Numbered from the stretch's first letter, positions 1 through 11,251 are shown. The stretch: 64,000 nucleotides of DNA from Candidatus Poribacteria bacterium (GCA_964291315.2 OZ219753.1:1888001-1952000), one strand, 5' to 3'. Translations and numbers: made by a program. Notes: generated by a model from the sequence alone, not told the origin.

Positions 1-1
1 C

Positions 2-895
2 GAAGGTATGATCTCCGCACTCCTCGCAATCATTAACCCCAGCGACGAAATTATCATCTTTGAACCTTTTTATGAAAACTACGGGCCAGATACAATTATC
101 TCTGGGGCAACACCCGTCTATGTCGCATTGCAAGAAACAACCGCAGCTGATGGCACTATCCGTTTTACCTATGATGATGCCGAACTTCAAGCAGCTTTCT
201 CTCCCAACACAAAGGCAATTGTCATAAACACGCCTAACAATCCACTCGGTAAGGTATTCACCATAGATGAACTTCAGCAAATCGCCGACCTCTGCTGTGA
301 ATACGACTGCCTCGCTATAACTGACGAGATATACGAACACATGATCTATGATGAAAAACCGCATACCAGCATCGGGGCTCTCCCGCAAATGCAAGATCGC
401 ACAATCACGGTGTCAGGTTTGAGCAAAGCCTATTCGATGACAGGATGGCGATTAGGATACGTCATCGCACCAGAAGTTTTAACCAACGGTATCCGTAAAA
501 TGCATGACTTCCTCACTGTCGGAGCACCGCATCCACTCCAACACGCTGGAACCGTTGCACTTAATTTGCCAACAAGTTACCACCAAGATCTGGTCGCCAA
601 ATATGACAAAAATCGCAAACGTCTCCTAGCGAGTCTCACGCAAGCAGGATTTCAATGCCACCAACCTGAAGGCGCTTATTATATCATGACAGATATTGCT
701 GCCTTTGGCTTTTCGAATGATACAACCTTTGCACACTGGTTGGTGAAGGAAATTGGTGTAGGCGGCGTACCAGGATCCAGTTTCTATAGGCATTCACACC
801 TCGGCAAAACAAAACTCCGATTTATGTTTAGCATAGCGGACAATATTCTCGAAGAAGCAGCAGAACGGTTGATACAGATCAAAACCAAAATCTAA
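2..895 (+). CDS. PLP-dependent aminotransferase class I/II, 5'-truncated by window edge
   Basis: Frame open from base 2; motifs NTPNNPLGK, DEIYEH, SKAYSMTGWRLGY (PLP lysine). Confidence 0.92.
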   Translation, partial: EGMISALLAIINPSDEIIIFEPFYENYGPDTIISGATPVYVALQETTAADGTIRFTYDDAELQAAFSPNTKAIVINTPNNPLGKVFTIDELQQIADLCCEYDCLAITDEIYEHMIYDEKPHTSIGALPQMQDRTITVSGLSKAYSMTGWRLGYVIAPEVLTNGIRKMHDFLTVGAPHPLQHAGTVALNLPTSYHQDLVAKYDKNRKRLLASLTQAGFQCHQPEGAYYIMTDIAAFGFSNDTTFAHWLVKEIGVGGVPGSSFYRHSHLGKTKLRFMFSIADNILEEAAERLIQIKTKI

Positions 896-960
896 AAATA
901 GGATGTATACAGCACCGGTTCCCCGTTCGCAATTTTTAGACACACTAGAGAGGCACTAAT

Positions 961-1167
961 ATGGATATTTCCCTTGAAAATGAGACACGAAACATCTACA
1001 GAAAAGAAATTCAGTCACTTATTCAGCAAGAAAAAAAGTATAGAACCCTCAATACTGACGACCTTGAGGCAATTGTGAAAACGTTCGAATTTACGCTAAC
1101 AAACGGGCGAGAGAAAGTTCGAGCCCAGATGATTCACGACCTCATTCACGAAAAGAGAGACACCTGA
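961..1167 (+). CDS. small hypothetical protein (68 aa), coupled to downstream SMC-like ATPase
   Basis: GAGAGG RBS upstream; stop codon 1 nt before next ATG. Confidence 0.7.
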   Translation: MDISLENETRNIYRKEIQSLIQQEKKYRTLNTDDLEAIVKTFEFTLTNGREKVRAQMIHDLIHEKRDT

Positions 1168-1168
1168 T

Positions 1169-3049
1169 ATGCAGTTAGAACGGATCCGCCTTAAAACTTT
1201 CGGATGCTTCCAACAACAAGATTTTGAACTTCATAACGGTGTTAATCTCATCTTTGGTCCCAATTTCAGCGGGAAAAGCACGCTCGTCAACGCGATTTTC
1301 TTCGCATTGACAGGAAAACCAATCGTGCCACGAGTAGATGCCTCAGCAATAAAAAACGCTAACGCTTATAGCGGCACCGCCGGACTTCAGTTCGTCGCTG
1401 CAGGAGAACGTTACCAGCTTTACCGGGCAACCGCTAAACGTACCCAACTTCGCTCTGAAAAAAATGGCATGTGGCATGTCCTTTTCGACGAAAAACGGAT
1501 CAAAGCAACCGAAGCAATGCTCAGAGAGCGATTCGGTATTATGCACGAGCAGCTCGCCCTGACGACCTTTCTCCGAGAAGGCGAGATATTTGAATTTCTC
1601 GCCCGTCAATCTACTAGCCGACGCGACATACTCCACACACTTCTCGGTATCGATAGGTTAATAGAAGTGCGGGAGCGGTTCATCGACGCACGCCGCATCG
1701 CAAAACGTGAACAAGGAAGAATACGGGCACATCAGAGCAGCTTACGTTTCAAAGCACAGAACGTTCACGAAACCGAAATCACACGAATTGAAGAGAAACT
1801 CAACCACTTGGAGGCAGCTTACGGCACTAACACTGGAGACGCTGAACTCATCGCAGAATGGACACACAACCGAAAGCGCCTGCAAAGCCATCTAGCGACC
1901 CTCAAACGCCAGCAGAGCGAAGCTTTAAATCGGGTCAATGATATCAACCATCTTCACGAGGTAATATCCAAAATTGAGACCACTATTCAGGAAGCCGCGG
2001 GGTTGGAAATGAAACGCGAGGAACTTATACAGCAAATCGGACGGCTCGAATCCCAAATTACCGCATTGACAAACGTCTGTAATACCCTCCGATCCCTTAT
2101 TGAAAGCGAAGATCAGCACTGCCCAACCTGTTACCAACACGTTGAAAAAGGGATCGTCCAACACATTATTGATGAAAAAGAACAAGAAAAATCGAAAATC
2201 TGCGATGAACTTGAAAGGTATAAGAAATCCCTAGAGGCGGAAACCCAAAATTTGAAGAGCAGGCAGGCCCTCGAACAACGCCTTGAGATCTTGCATGCAC
2301 GCGCCACTCAATTTCAGCAAAGCACACAGGAAATTGAGATCGCTCAAAACGAACTTACCACACTCGCAGCACGGTTGAAGGAGAAAGGTATCCAACAAAA
2401 CCAACCACAGAACCCAAAAACCCTTGCAACCCATGACAAATCTAAATTGAAAACCCAAATCGATCACGAACGGAAGCGACTCGACAGACTCAAGCAAGAG
2501 GAGGCTGTTCGATTAGATAGGATCGCCTCTCTCCATCGCGTAAACACGGACGCAGCACGCAGCGAAAAGACGCTGCTTAGTTTAGAACTTGCCTGTGCAG
2601 GAGTTGACAAGACCATCGCAACCCTCCAAAAACAAATTCTCAGACCTGCCGAAGAAGAACTCCATCGCTGGCTTGAAAAAATGCAACTCTTCTCTAATTC
2701 TCACGGCGTTAGTGGAGCAACTCGCGTTGACTTACAACGACAATACCTACTTCCCGCACTTACTATAGACGGCGTAGACCGAAGCTTAATGCTGCTGAGT
2801 GGCAGCGAGAAGATGTTCCTCTACCTCTGCTTCAAAGTCGCTCTCGCTAATGTATTGGGCAACCCCGGCTTCTTTGTATTTGATGATCCAACGCTTCATT
2901 TAGATGGCGAACGAAAAGCTTTGATGGTCGATTTTATCCATCAACTCGCTGAAGAGCATCAGGTAGTCGTGACGAGTTATGATGAAGGAGTGCGCACAGG
3001 ATTAGAAGGCGCACATCTCATTGAAATGAAGCGACACGTCGATGAATGA
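1169..3049 (+). CDS. Rad50/SbcC-like SMC-family ATPase
   Basis: Walker A GPNFSGKS, coiled coils, central zinc-hook CPTC, signature LSGSEK, Walker B FVFDDPT, D-loop LD. Confidence 0.88.
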   Translation: MQLERIRLKTFGCFQQQDFELHNGVNLIFGPNFSGKSTLVNAIFFALTGKPIVPRVDASAIKNANAYSGTAGLQFVAAGERYQLYRATAKRTQLRSEKNGMWHVLFDEKRIKATEAMLRERFGIMHEQLALTTFLREGEIFEFLARQSTSRRDILHTLLGIDRLIEVRERFIDARRIAKREQGRIRAHQSSLRFKAQNVHETEITRIEEKLNHLEAAYGTNTGDAELIAEWTHNRKRLQSHLATLKRQQSEALNRVNDINHLHEVISKIETTIQEAAGLEMKREELIQQIGRLESQITALTNVCNTLRSLIESEDQHCPTCYQHVEKGIVQHIIDEKEQEKSKICDELERYKKSLEAETQNLKSRQALEQRLEILHARATQFQQSTQEIEIAQNELTTLAARLKEKGIQQNQPQNPKTLATHDKSKLKTQIDHERKRLDRLKQEEAVRLDRIASLHRVNTDAARSEKTLLSLELACAGVDKTIATLQKQILRPAEEELHRWLEKMQLFSNSHGVSGATRVDLQRQYLLPALTIDGVDRSLMLLSGSEKMFLYLCFKVALANVLGNPGFFVFDDPTLHLDGERKALMVDFIHQLAEEHQVVVTSYDEGVRTGLEGAHLIEMKRHVDE

Positions 3050-3195
3050 TTGTAACAATGACCACAAAACTGTTTTGATAGAGTTCTCACGGCAACGCCG
3101 AATATGCTTATTGTGAAGCAGGCTTTTCGGTAGTTCCTATCGAACACACCCGCTATATCTCGCCCTTCTCCCGCACTAAGCAAAAGGATAGCTTT

Positions 3196-4641
3196 CTAAA
3201 ACCGCTCCAGATAGATATCACCCTTATCTTCTTGCATATTGCTCCATACCACAGCCCACGCTCCATTTCCAATAGATACCACAAACGGTGGATGATGCAT
3301 CCCTTCGCTAGTAGAGATAGGAACACCGGTGTCTTCCCATAGCAACGTACCCGATAAGTCAATTTGCTGTCCGTAGATAGCATCTCTACTCTCTTCACCG
3401 AAGTCTTCTCGGTAGTCTACCCACGCCATAAAAAAACGATCTTTCCCGGTTCGTACGATAAACGGCTTGTCTTGATGACCCCCCGCTGTGCAGATAGGGA
3501 TACCATCCGCTTCCCAGGCGAATGTACCATCACCATGAACACGCTGGGCATATAGATCAGAATACACATCGCGCTCATCACGCCAGACAGCAATAAATCC
3601 ACCGCTACCATCGCTGACAACCGAGGCATGTTTCTGAATGCCATGGGCAACACATACCGGGATACCTTCTTCATGCCACATCTTGCTTCCGTCAGGCGCA
3701 ATCCGTTGTGCATAGAGCTGATCATTGATGAAATTGTCGTAGACCTGCCATAAGACAATGATGCCGCCTTCCCCATCCGCAACTACACGCGGTTCACCTT
3801 GCATGCCTTCCCTGGGGGTGACAAAAATCGGAGACTCCCACAACGGCTCAGCCTCAAGACTTAACCGATATGCCTTTAAATGCCATGCCTCATAGCCGAT
3901 AACGTCCCACCAAACGATGTAAAACCCGTTCGCCTCATCTCTAACCAGAATCGGGGCGCTCTGCAACGATTCTGATGGAAAAACAGGAATACCATCCGCC
4001 TTCCACATCAGTTCACCCGCTGCGCTAACCCGCTGGATATATAAGTCCTGAAATTCAGAGCTACGACGTTCATCTTCCCAAACGCAAATCGCACCACCTT
4101 GACCATCACTCATAATTGCTTGAGTGGATTGATCGGCTGTATCTACACAGATAGGGATACCATCCGTTTGCCAGAGGATGTCACCATTCAAATTCACTGC
4201 TTGCGCGTAAATGTCCCAATTGCTTCTATCTCGCCTATCGTTCCACACAACAATGGCGTGTTTATTGTATCGAATCATTCGCAAGCGACGTTGATTCCTA
4301 TCAGCGGTGCATATTGCCAATCCATCTAATTTCCAACGTGTTTTTTCACCACTATCAACGCGTTGGGCGTAGACATCCCAATCTTTCCCCGTACGATAAT
4401 CTTCCCACATGACAATAACCCCGCCCTCCCCGTCGTCCACAACCCACGGTAGAAATTGTCCATCTGCAGCAGTCGAAACCGCAATTTCTGCCGATGCAAC
4501 GCCATACAACGCACAAAAACCGGCAAGCCAAAAAAGTATTAATCCTACGATTGGTTTTGTTGGATACCTTTCTCCTTCAACCGTGCTGCGAGTGTGGTAA
4601 GACGGTCTAACTAGATCCTGAAAATTGTTTTGGGAGTCCAT
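3196..4641 (-). CDS. exported repeat protein, probable beta-propeller (start uncertain)
   Basis: About 7 repeats of ~59 aa (DIYAQRV-G-W-DGIPIC-Q-P-DG-GG-VVW-D-R) after a hydrophobic N-terminal segment. Confidence 0.75.
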   Translation of the reverse strand: MDSQNNFQDLVRPSYHTRSTVEGERYPTKPIVGLILFWLAGFCALYGVASAEIAVSTAADGQFLPWVVDDGEGGVIVMWEDYRTGKDWDVYAQRVDSGEKTRWKLDGLAICTADRNQRRLRMIRYNKHAIVVWNDRRDRSNWDIYAQAVNLNGDILWQTDGIPICVDTADQSTQAIMSDGQGGAICVWEDERRSSEFQDLYIQRVSAAGELMWKADGIPVFPSESLQSAPILVRDEANGFYIVWWDVIGYEAWHLKAYRLSLEAEPLWESPIFVTPREGMQGEPRVVADGEGGIIVLWQVYDNFINDQLYAQRIAPDGSKMWHEEGIPVCVAHGIQKHASVVSDGSGGFIAVWRDERDVYSDLYAQRVHGDGTFAWEADGIPICTAGGHQDKPFIVRTGKDRFFMAWVDYREDFGEESRDAIYGQQIDLSGTLLWEDTGVPISTSEGMHHPPFVVSIGNGAWAVVWSNMQEDKGDIYLERF

Positions 4642-5108
4642 AAGTTGACTAAGATCCCCTCTGTGTACAAATCAAGTGCTTCCCAACTTTCGATAGGAAG
4701 CTCAATGTGAACAAGTGCCGCTGTTGGCATCCGTTGAATATGGCCTGTTAGATGATTCACAAGCTGCTCCATTGTCGGGTTATGTCCAACCACCAAGACG
4801 CGCCGGTATTTCTCAGAAAGCGATTGTAGGACTTCAAAGTAAACCCCTGAAACAGTATCGTAAAGCACTTCCAGTTTCTTCACTTTTCCAGTGTAACCGG
4901 ACGCTTTTGCGACTTTAACTGCTGTTTTTCGAGCACGCCTTGCCGATGAGGTAAGAATCCGGTCGGGAACCAGACCCGCCTGACGCAAGTGCTCCCCGAG
5001 GCGAGGAGCATCTCGTTTACCGCGGGCATTAAGAGGACGATCGTAATCTGCAAGCCCTGGGTGATTCCAACTCGATTTTGCATGTCTCATAATTAAAAGT
5101 GTTTTCAT
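4611..5108 (-). CDS. sixA: histidine phosphatase, SixA-like
   Basis: MKTLLIMRHAKSSW, RPLNARG, VVGHNP motifs; start placed at ATG 5108. Confidence 0.85.
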   Translation of the reverse strand: MKTLLIMRHAKSSWNHPGLADYDRPLNARGKRDAPRLGEHLRQAGLVPDRILTSSARRARKTAVKVAKASGYTGKVKKLEVLYDTVSGVYFEVLQSLSEKYRRVLVVGHNPTMEQLVNHLTGHIQRMPTAALVHIELPIESWEALDLYTEGILVNLWTPKTIFRI

Positions 5109-5379
5109 AGGGTCTCCAGTTAATATAGCTGTCCAACCTTTTGCGTATTGTATCACAATAGCATCTACATGTCAACCCGGATCGCGGCAACCTTGATTCA
5201 GATCAATAAACCACTTAACTTCCGTACCTGAGAATATTTTGTCTTGCATTCCTAACCGTTTTGTGATATTATTTAATGATAATGAGAAGTCTGTCAACGT
5301 TTTCAGCCATATATCCGTTACAGTGTTCAGATCAAATATAAAGTTCAAATCTAATACAAACTCTGGAGGATATAAACCC

Positions 5380-6168
5380 ATGTTGTTCAAAATTAACAGC
5401 ATCCGCTCTATACTACTTCTCACGATCCTATCTGCCACTGTCAGTGGATGTTACGTTGATACCGATGATGAACCACCCGCTACGCCCCGCGGTGTCCGAA
5501 CTATCACAGGCGACGAGGAAGTCCTTGTTAAATGGTATCCTAATAGAGAGCGTGACTTAGGGGGCTATAAGGTCTGGCGTAGTAAAGACGGTGTCAATTT
5601 TAACGATCTATTGATAGAAGTCCCGGAATATACCAAGTCCTACACAGATACAAATGTGCAAAATGGGAAAACTTATTACTATGCTGTTTCTGCTTATGAT
5701 GGTGATGGAAATGAGAGCGATTTGAGCCCAGAAAATGCGTGGGATACCCCACGGCCAGAAGGACGAAATATTGCCCTTGATGATTATATTCTTTTTCCAG
5801 AGAGGAGTGGTTTTGACTTTTCGCAGCCACACAAAGGAAGTATCCCATGGGACGCGCCCGAAACCGACATCTATTTCGGACTTGATGACGCAATCGGCGT
5901 TACCTACCTCTATTCAGACAATGAAACCCTCATGCAAGATTTAGGGTATCATGAAGACTTCGAAGCCGTTGATGTCGTTCCAGAATATGGGTATACAACG
6001 CTATTTGTCGAACTCATTGAAGGGCATATCTATGCTATCTACACACCTGACAGAAATTTTGCGAAACTTCAGGTGCGCGAGCTTTTTGATGACGGAGTCA
6101 TTTTCGATTGGGCATACCAGACCGACCCTGATAACGTCCAATTAGCTCCACCCCTCAACAGACCTTGA
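5380..6168 (+). CDS. lipoprotein with fibronectin type III domain
   Basis: GGAGGA RBS before ATG 5380; lipobox VSGC; Fn3 motifs W..N.E.DL.GY.VWRS and YYYAVSAYD..GNES. Confidence 0.8.
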   Translation: MLFKINSIRSILLLTILSATVSGCYVDTDDEPPATPRGVRTITGDEEVLVKWYPNRERDLGGYKVWRSKDGVNFNDLLIEVPEYTKSYTDTNVQNGKTYYYAVSAYDGDGNESDLSPENAWDTPRPEGRNIALDDYILFPERSGFDFSQPHKGSIPWDAPETDIYFGLDDAIGVTYLYSDNETLMQDLGYHEDFEAVDVVPEYGYTTLFVELIEGHIYAIYTPDRNFAKLQVRELFDDGVIFDWAYQTDPDNVQLAPPLNRP

Positions 6169-6183
6169 TAAGGAGTACATTTT

Positions 6184-6822
6184 ATGAAAAAAAATCGCGG
6201 GACAGCGCAGATGGCACCTCTATATCTAACCCTCCCGTTTCTACTCTTTTTCACCACCGCACAAATTGAGGCGGATACCCGCAAAACGGAGTCTAACACT
6301 GACACTCAGAGAATGTCACCTTTTATCCAGTATGACATGCCGGAAACCAAAGCCGAGCAGGAAGCTGATTACCCGCTGTTCCGTGACCATTCAGAGCGTT
6401 ACTACCCCCAACTCGATGTTAAAAAAGCGACTCGACTATCAACTTTTATGCCCGGTCTAGGGCAAGCCTACGCCGGTAATTATGCAAAAGCGACGCTTTT
6501 CCTCAGCACTGAATTGGGCACTTTCGCACTCGCCGGCTACAATATTGCACGCGCTTTGCATTACAACAAACAAAACGTCTTTGAGACAGGGTTCCTCGAC
6601 TCACGCACCGGCGAATTTTTAACATACGAGCAAGGACAAGCACGCATGCGGAATCACACCTTTTTCAGTGGCATATTTCTTGCAGCCGGTATCGGATTGC
6701 ATATATGGAATATCCTCGATGCACCAAAGACAGCCGAGGCGTATAATGACCGAAGATTTTCTGTACAGACGCAACAAACCGGGAACGGCAGCCAATCTCT
6801 GACTGTTACCCATAGATTTTAA
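6184..6822 (+). CDS. DUF5683-like membrane/exported protein
   Basis: AAGGAG RBS; LSTFMPGLGQAYAG motif; HIWNILDA; C-terminal Phe. Confidence 0.65.
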   Translation: MKKNRGTAQMAPLYLTLPFLLFFTTAQIEADTRKTESNTDTQRMSPFIQYDMPETKAEQEADYPLFRDHSERYYPQLDVKKATRLSTFMPGLGQAYAGNYAKATLFLSTELGTFALAGYNIARALHYNKQNVFETGFLDSRTGEFLTYEQGQARMRNHTFFSGIFLAAGIGLHIWNILDAPKTAEAYNDRRFSVQTQQTGNGSQSLTVTHRF

Positions 6823-6873
6823 TTCAGGAGATATCAGATTTGGCTACCTAGTGAACCGGCGGCGAACAGAAAA

Positions 6874-7641
6874 ATGGATTACCTCAAACATTTAACCCTC
6901 CTCTTTTTTTTCATAGGATGCCTTGGCGCAAATGGAGAGGCCACTTCTCTTGTTGAGAGCAGCCGAACCTCTCCGCAACCCTTACGCCTTGGTGAAAAAT
7001 TAACCTATAATATTAGTTGGAAAAAATTACCCGCAGGAAAAAGAACAGATTGGATCGCTGAAACATTGACGCTCAACGGCGAGTCTGTCTATCATATCCG
7101 ATCTGAAATGAAGACACGCGCACTCTTCAGATTCTATAGCTTCCAAAGCCAGCAAGAAACATATTTTAATCCTACTACTCTCGCCCCCATCCAATTTCGG
7201 AATCATCTACAAGATCGCAAATTTCGCGCCACCGTCGCAATCGACTTCCGAGACGGTGAAGCACAATACAAAAGAATTTCACAGCAAAATCCGAAATCAA
7301 TTCAAAAACGCGAGGCGAAAACACTTAACATACCAATCGGGGCACAAGATGAACTATCAACCATCTACTTTCTACGTTCTAAACAACTTGTGATCGGTAA
7401 GACCTATTTCTTTCCTGTCGTCGTGAAAGGAAACGTCCAAAAAGTTACACTCACCGTCGAACGCAAAGAGGTTATTAAGACCAAGACATTAGGAACTATC
7501 AGAACGCTCGTTCTGCGCACCTCACAAGGCGACCTTTTCTGGCTTACAGATGATGAACGGCGGTTACCTGTCAAAATGGAAGCCAAAAGCAAAATCGGAA
7601 GGTTCAAAGCCACATTAGCAGATATCGAATTCGAAAATTAA
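6874..7641 (+). CDS. DUF3108-like exported protein
   Basis: GEKLTYNISW, QDELSTIYFLR, WLTDDERRLPVK motifs; signal peptide. Confidence 0.75.
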   Translation: MDYLKHLTLLFFFIGCLGANGEATSLVESSRTSPQPLRLGEKLTYNISWKKLPAGKRTDWIAETLTLNGESVYHIRSEMKTRALFRFYSFQSQQETYFNPTTLAPIQFRNHLQDRKFRATVAIDFRDGEAQYKRISQQNPKSIQKREAKTLNIPIGAQDELSTIYFLRSKQLVIGKTYFFPVVVKGNVQKVTLTVERKEVIKTKTLGTIRTLVLRTSQGDLFWLTDDERRLPVKMEAKSKIGRFKATLADIEFEN

Positions 7642-7750
7642 GGAATAGCGATTGCCAATTAGCCAGCGGTAAAAGCAGTTTGATGAAGCCGAACACCTCT
7701 TTACCGACCCCCAGCAGCTAAACGTCATTCGCCAACAGCAGCAATATACC

Positions 7751-10700
7751 GTGATAGACCTTTTACGCAATATAGATAATTATCAAATACTTGTATCACG
7801 CCTCAAAGAGGGTAAAAAACTCCCATGGATCAGAGGACTGGTGAACGCATCTACTGCCTACCTTCTAGCAACATTGATTGACGATTTTCCAGAAAGATCC
7901 TTCCTAATTTTGCTCCCCTCACAGCGTGAAGCCGAACAAATACTCGAAGAAATCTGTACATATCGCGCATATCCCACGCTAGAGAGCACCCCCACACCTA
8001 ACGCCTATCCTGAACTTAATTTCTTTCCAGGATGGCACCGCAAATTCGTTGAAGGGGTCGCACCCTCCAAAAACATCACCACCGACAGAATGCGATGCCT
8101 CGACCGTTTGCTGCGTCAAGAACGGACCGTTATTGTCACAACAAGTCAAGCCCTACTCTATAAGCTGCCCTCACGCAAGCACCTCGCCGCCGCCTGCCGC
8201 ATCCTTAAACTCGGGGATGAAACCGATCCCGACACCATCGCCCTTGCCCTCAGGCGCGGCGGATACCAGAACGTTGAACTTGTAGAAGTCAAAGGACAAT
8301 TCGCACGCAGAACAGATATCTTGGACGTGTTTCCACTCACCGCGGACGCACCTGTACGGATCGACTTTTTCGGCGATGAAGTTGATGCTATCCGCACTTT
8401 TGACCCTATGTCGCAACGTTCAACAGAACCTCTCGAATCCGTCACACTCACACCGATCCGAGAAATCTTTGCAGTTGATCCATCAATAGATTATTGGCAG
8501 GCACAAACCGACACCGTCATTCAGCAACACCCCAACCCCAAACTCCTAAACACCGTCCGAGAGATCACAAAACATCTAACGGAAAGCATATCGTCCGGTT
8601 ATGGTCTCGCTGCCGGAGGATTAAACACTGAACTCGGCACGTTCTTACCGATGCTCACCCCGGAAGTCGATAGCCTCACAGACTACCTACACGACGATAC
8701 AATCATTTGCACGATCGAACCACAGTGGCAGAAACGGGATGCAATGCAACTTCACGAAAAAACACAAGAAGTGGTTCAACAAAAACTTGAGGAATCTCAT
8801 TTTGTCGCGCCAGCAGACAAACTCTTAATCCCATTTGAAACGATCGCAGCACAAATAGAAGACTATCCTGTTATCTCCTTCTCTTTAGCACCTCCGCGTG
8901 AGATCTCACACAATGAATTGGCACCGCTGCCTTTTGAAATGAAACCACTCGCCCTGCCATCAGGAAACTATCAAACCGTTATCAATCAAATCAAAACCTG
9001 GAGACAAGAACAAAATAGAGTCCATCTTTTCTGCGAAACACCGCAGCAGTCTAAGCGGGTCTCTGAAATCCTAGCCGAACGCGGATTATTAGATATTAAC
9101 ATCAGTATAGGAGCAATTAGCCAAGGCTTTCTCCACGAATCATTAAACCTCGTCGTTATCTCCGAAGATGAGCTCTTCGGAAATCGACACCACCGTTCAA
9201 TCCGGCGGCGTCCACCAGCAGATGGAACACCCTTACTGAGCCTAATGGACCTAAAGGCTGGAGACTATGTGGTCCACGTCTCTCACGGTATCGCTGTTTA
9301 TGACGGTATCCGCCGATTGGATATTGACGGTAAATCACAGGATTTCCTGGTTCTCAAATACAGTGCAGACGATATTCTCTATGTCCCTACCTATCAGGTT
9401 GATCTGGTTCAGAAGTATATCGGTAGCAAGGAGGAAACATATAAACCGCGCCTTGACCGCCTCGGTGTCCCCGCATGGCACCGCCGAAAAGAACGAGTCA
9501 AAGCCTCAATACAAGAAATGGCCGATGAACTCCTCAACTTGTACGCACTCCGACAAGCACGCAAAGGATATCCTTTCCCATCTGAAGTCCCGTGGCAAAC
9601 CGAGTTCGAAGCCCTCTTTCCATATCAAGAAACCGACGATCAACTCCAAGCCATCGAGGACGTTAAAGCAGACATGGAAAGTGAACAACCAATGGATAGA
9701 CTCGTCTGTGGTGACGTCGGATATGGGAAAACTGAAGTCGCTCTCCGAGCTGCCTTCAAAGCCGTTATGTCAGAAAAACAGGTTGCCGTTCTGGTTCCAA
9801 CAACCATTCTCGCACTTCAACACTACGATACCTTTGAAAAACGTTTCCAGGCTTTTCCTGTCCATGTTGAAATGCTAAACCGTTTTCGAACACCGAAGGA
9901 AATAAAGCAGATTAAGGAAAGATTGGCAAAAGGCACTGTTGATGTCGTGATCGGAACCCATAGCTTGCTCTCAAAAACCGTAACGTTTGACAACCTCGGC
10001 CTCCTAATCGTTGACGAAGAACACCGTTTTGGCGTTAAACACAAGGAAAAAATCAAACAATTTAAAGAGACCATTGACGTACTTACATTGACAGCTACAC
10101 CGATCCCACGAACGCTCCACATGTCGCTTGTCGGTATCCGGGATTTCAGTGTTATCAATACCCCACCCGCAGACCGCTTACCAATTCAAACCTATGTGAT
10201 GCCCTACGACACCGAGATCATCCGGGAAGCTGTCACCGCGGAATTAAGCCGCGGCGGACAAGTGTTTTTTGTTCACAATCGCGTGCAGGATATCCAAAGC
10301 ATTGCCCTAACCGTACAGCAACTCGTTCCTGAAGCACGGGTTGCTGTCGCACACGGACAAATGCCAGAACGTGAACTAGAAAACGTTATGCTTGAGTTTG
10401 TCCGACACAAACACGACATCCTCGTCTGCACTATGATTATTGAATCTGGGCTCGATATACCCAACGTTAACACAATCCTGATTAACCGAGCAGATGCCCT
10501 CGGTTTGGCACAACTCTATCAGCTACGAGGACGTGTTGGCAGGGCAACCGCACAAGCTTACGGCTATCTGTTTTACCCACAGAACCACGCAATTACCGAA
10601 GAAGCAGAAAGAAGACTACGAGTCATCGAAGAATTCACTGACCTCGGCTCAGGCTTTAAAATAGCTCTCCGCGACCTTGAAATTCGCGGCACAGGAAATA

Positions 10701-11251
10701 TCCTCGGAGCAGAACAACACGGGCATATTGTTACCATCGGTTATGAACTTTATTGCAAGCTCCTCGAAGAAGCTGTCATGGAACTCAAGGGCGAAAAAAT
10801 TGAGAAGACTCTCGAAACACGAATCACTTTGCCCATCGAAGCCTATCTGCCCGATAATTATGTGCCAGATAGCCGGCAGAAAGTCTCTATCTACAAAAAA
10901 ATCGCTAGATTGAAAAACGATGAAGGCCTCCAAGAACTCCGCGCAGAACTGCAAGACCGCTACGGCTCTATCCCTGAACCGGTTGAAATGTTGCTTGAAA
11001 TCGCCGACCTGAAGAAAATCAGCAACTGCCTCGGTATTACCGCCATTGTTGCTGGACGCGAACAGGTAAAAGTCACCTTTGATGAGAAAAACCCCAAAAT
11101 TAATCTGAAGAAATTCATTGAAACTGTACACAAAAATAAGAACCTTCAGCTGCAACCGCCAGCACAACTCAAAATCCGGATGCACGGAATGACTGGGGCA
11201 AATATGTTAACTGAATTGCAGCAAACCCTGAAATTGTTTGTGGATATGTAA
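7751..11251 (+). CDS. mfd: transcription-repair coupling factor Mfd
   Basis: UvrB-like N-terminus, RID (GDYVVHVSHG), CGDVGYGKTEVA, DEEHRFG, QLRGRVGR, TRCF C-terminus. Confidence 0.97.
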   Translation: MIDLLRNIDNYQILVSRLKEGKKLPWIRGLVNASTAYLLATLIDDFPERSFLILLPSQREAEQILEEICTYRAYPTLESTPTPNAYPELNFFPGWHRKFVEGVAPSKNITTDRMRCLDRLLRQERTVIVTTSQALLYKLPSRKHLAAACRILKLGDETDPDTIALALRRGGYQNVELVEVKGQFARRTDILDVFPLTADAPVRIDFFGDEVDAIRTFDPMSQRSTEPLESVTLTPIREIFAVDPSIDYWQAQTDTVIQQHPNPKLLNTVREITKHLTESISSGYGLAAGGLNTELGTFLPMLTPEVDSLTDYLHDDTIICTIEPQWQKRDAMQLHEKTQEVVQQKLEESHFVAPADKLLIPFETIAAQIEDYPVISFSLAPPREISHNELAPLPFEMKPLALPSGNYQTVINQIKTWRQEQNRVHLFCETPQQSKRVSEILAERGLLDINISIGAISQGFLHESLNLVVISEDELFGNRHHRSIRRRPPADGTPLLSLMDLKAGDYVVHVSHGIAVYDGIRRLDIDGKSQDFLVLKYSADDILYVPTYQVDLVQKYIGSKEETYKPRLDRLGVPAWHRRKERVKASIQEMADELLNLYALRQARKGYPFPSEVPWQTEFEALFPYQETDDQLQAIEDVKADMESEQPMDRLVCGDVGYGKTEVALRAAFKAVMSEKQVAVLVPTTILALQHYDTFEKRFQAFPVHVEMLNRFRTPKEIKQIKERLAKGTVDVVIGTHSLLSKTVTFDNLGLLIVDEEHRFGVKHKEKIKQFKETIDVLTLTATPIPRTLHMSLVGIRDFSVINTPPADRLPIQTYVMPYDTEIIREAVTAELSRGGQVFFVHNRVQDIQSIALTVQQLVPEARVAVAHGQMPERELENVMLEFVRHKHDILVCTMIIESGLDIPNVNTILINRADALGLAQLYQLRGRVGRATAQAYGYLFYPQNHAITEEAERRLRVIEEFTDLGSGFKIALRDLEIRGTGNILGAEQHGHIVTIGYELYCKLLEEAVMELKGEKIEKTLETRITLPIEAYLPDNYVPDSRQKVSIYKKIARLKNDEGLQELRAELQDRYGSIPEPVEMLLEIADLKKISNCLGITAIVAGREQVKVTFDEKNPKINLKKFIETVHKNKNLQLQPPAQLKIRMHGMTGANMLTELQQTLKLFVDM

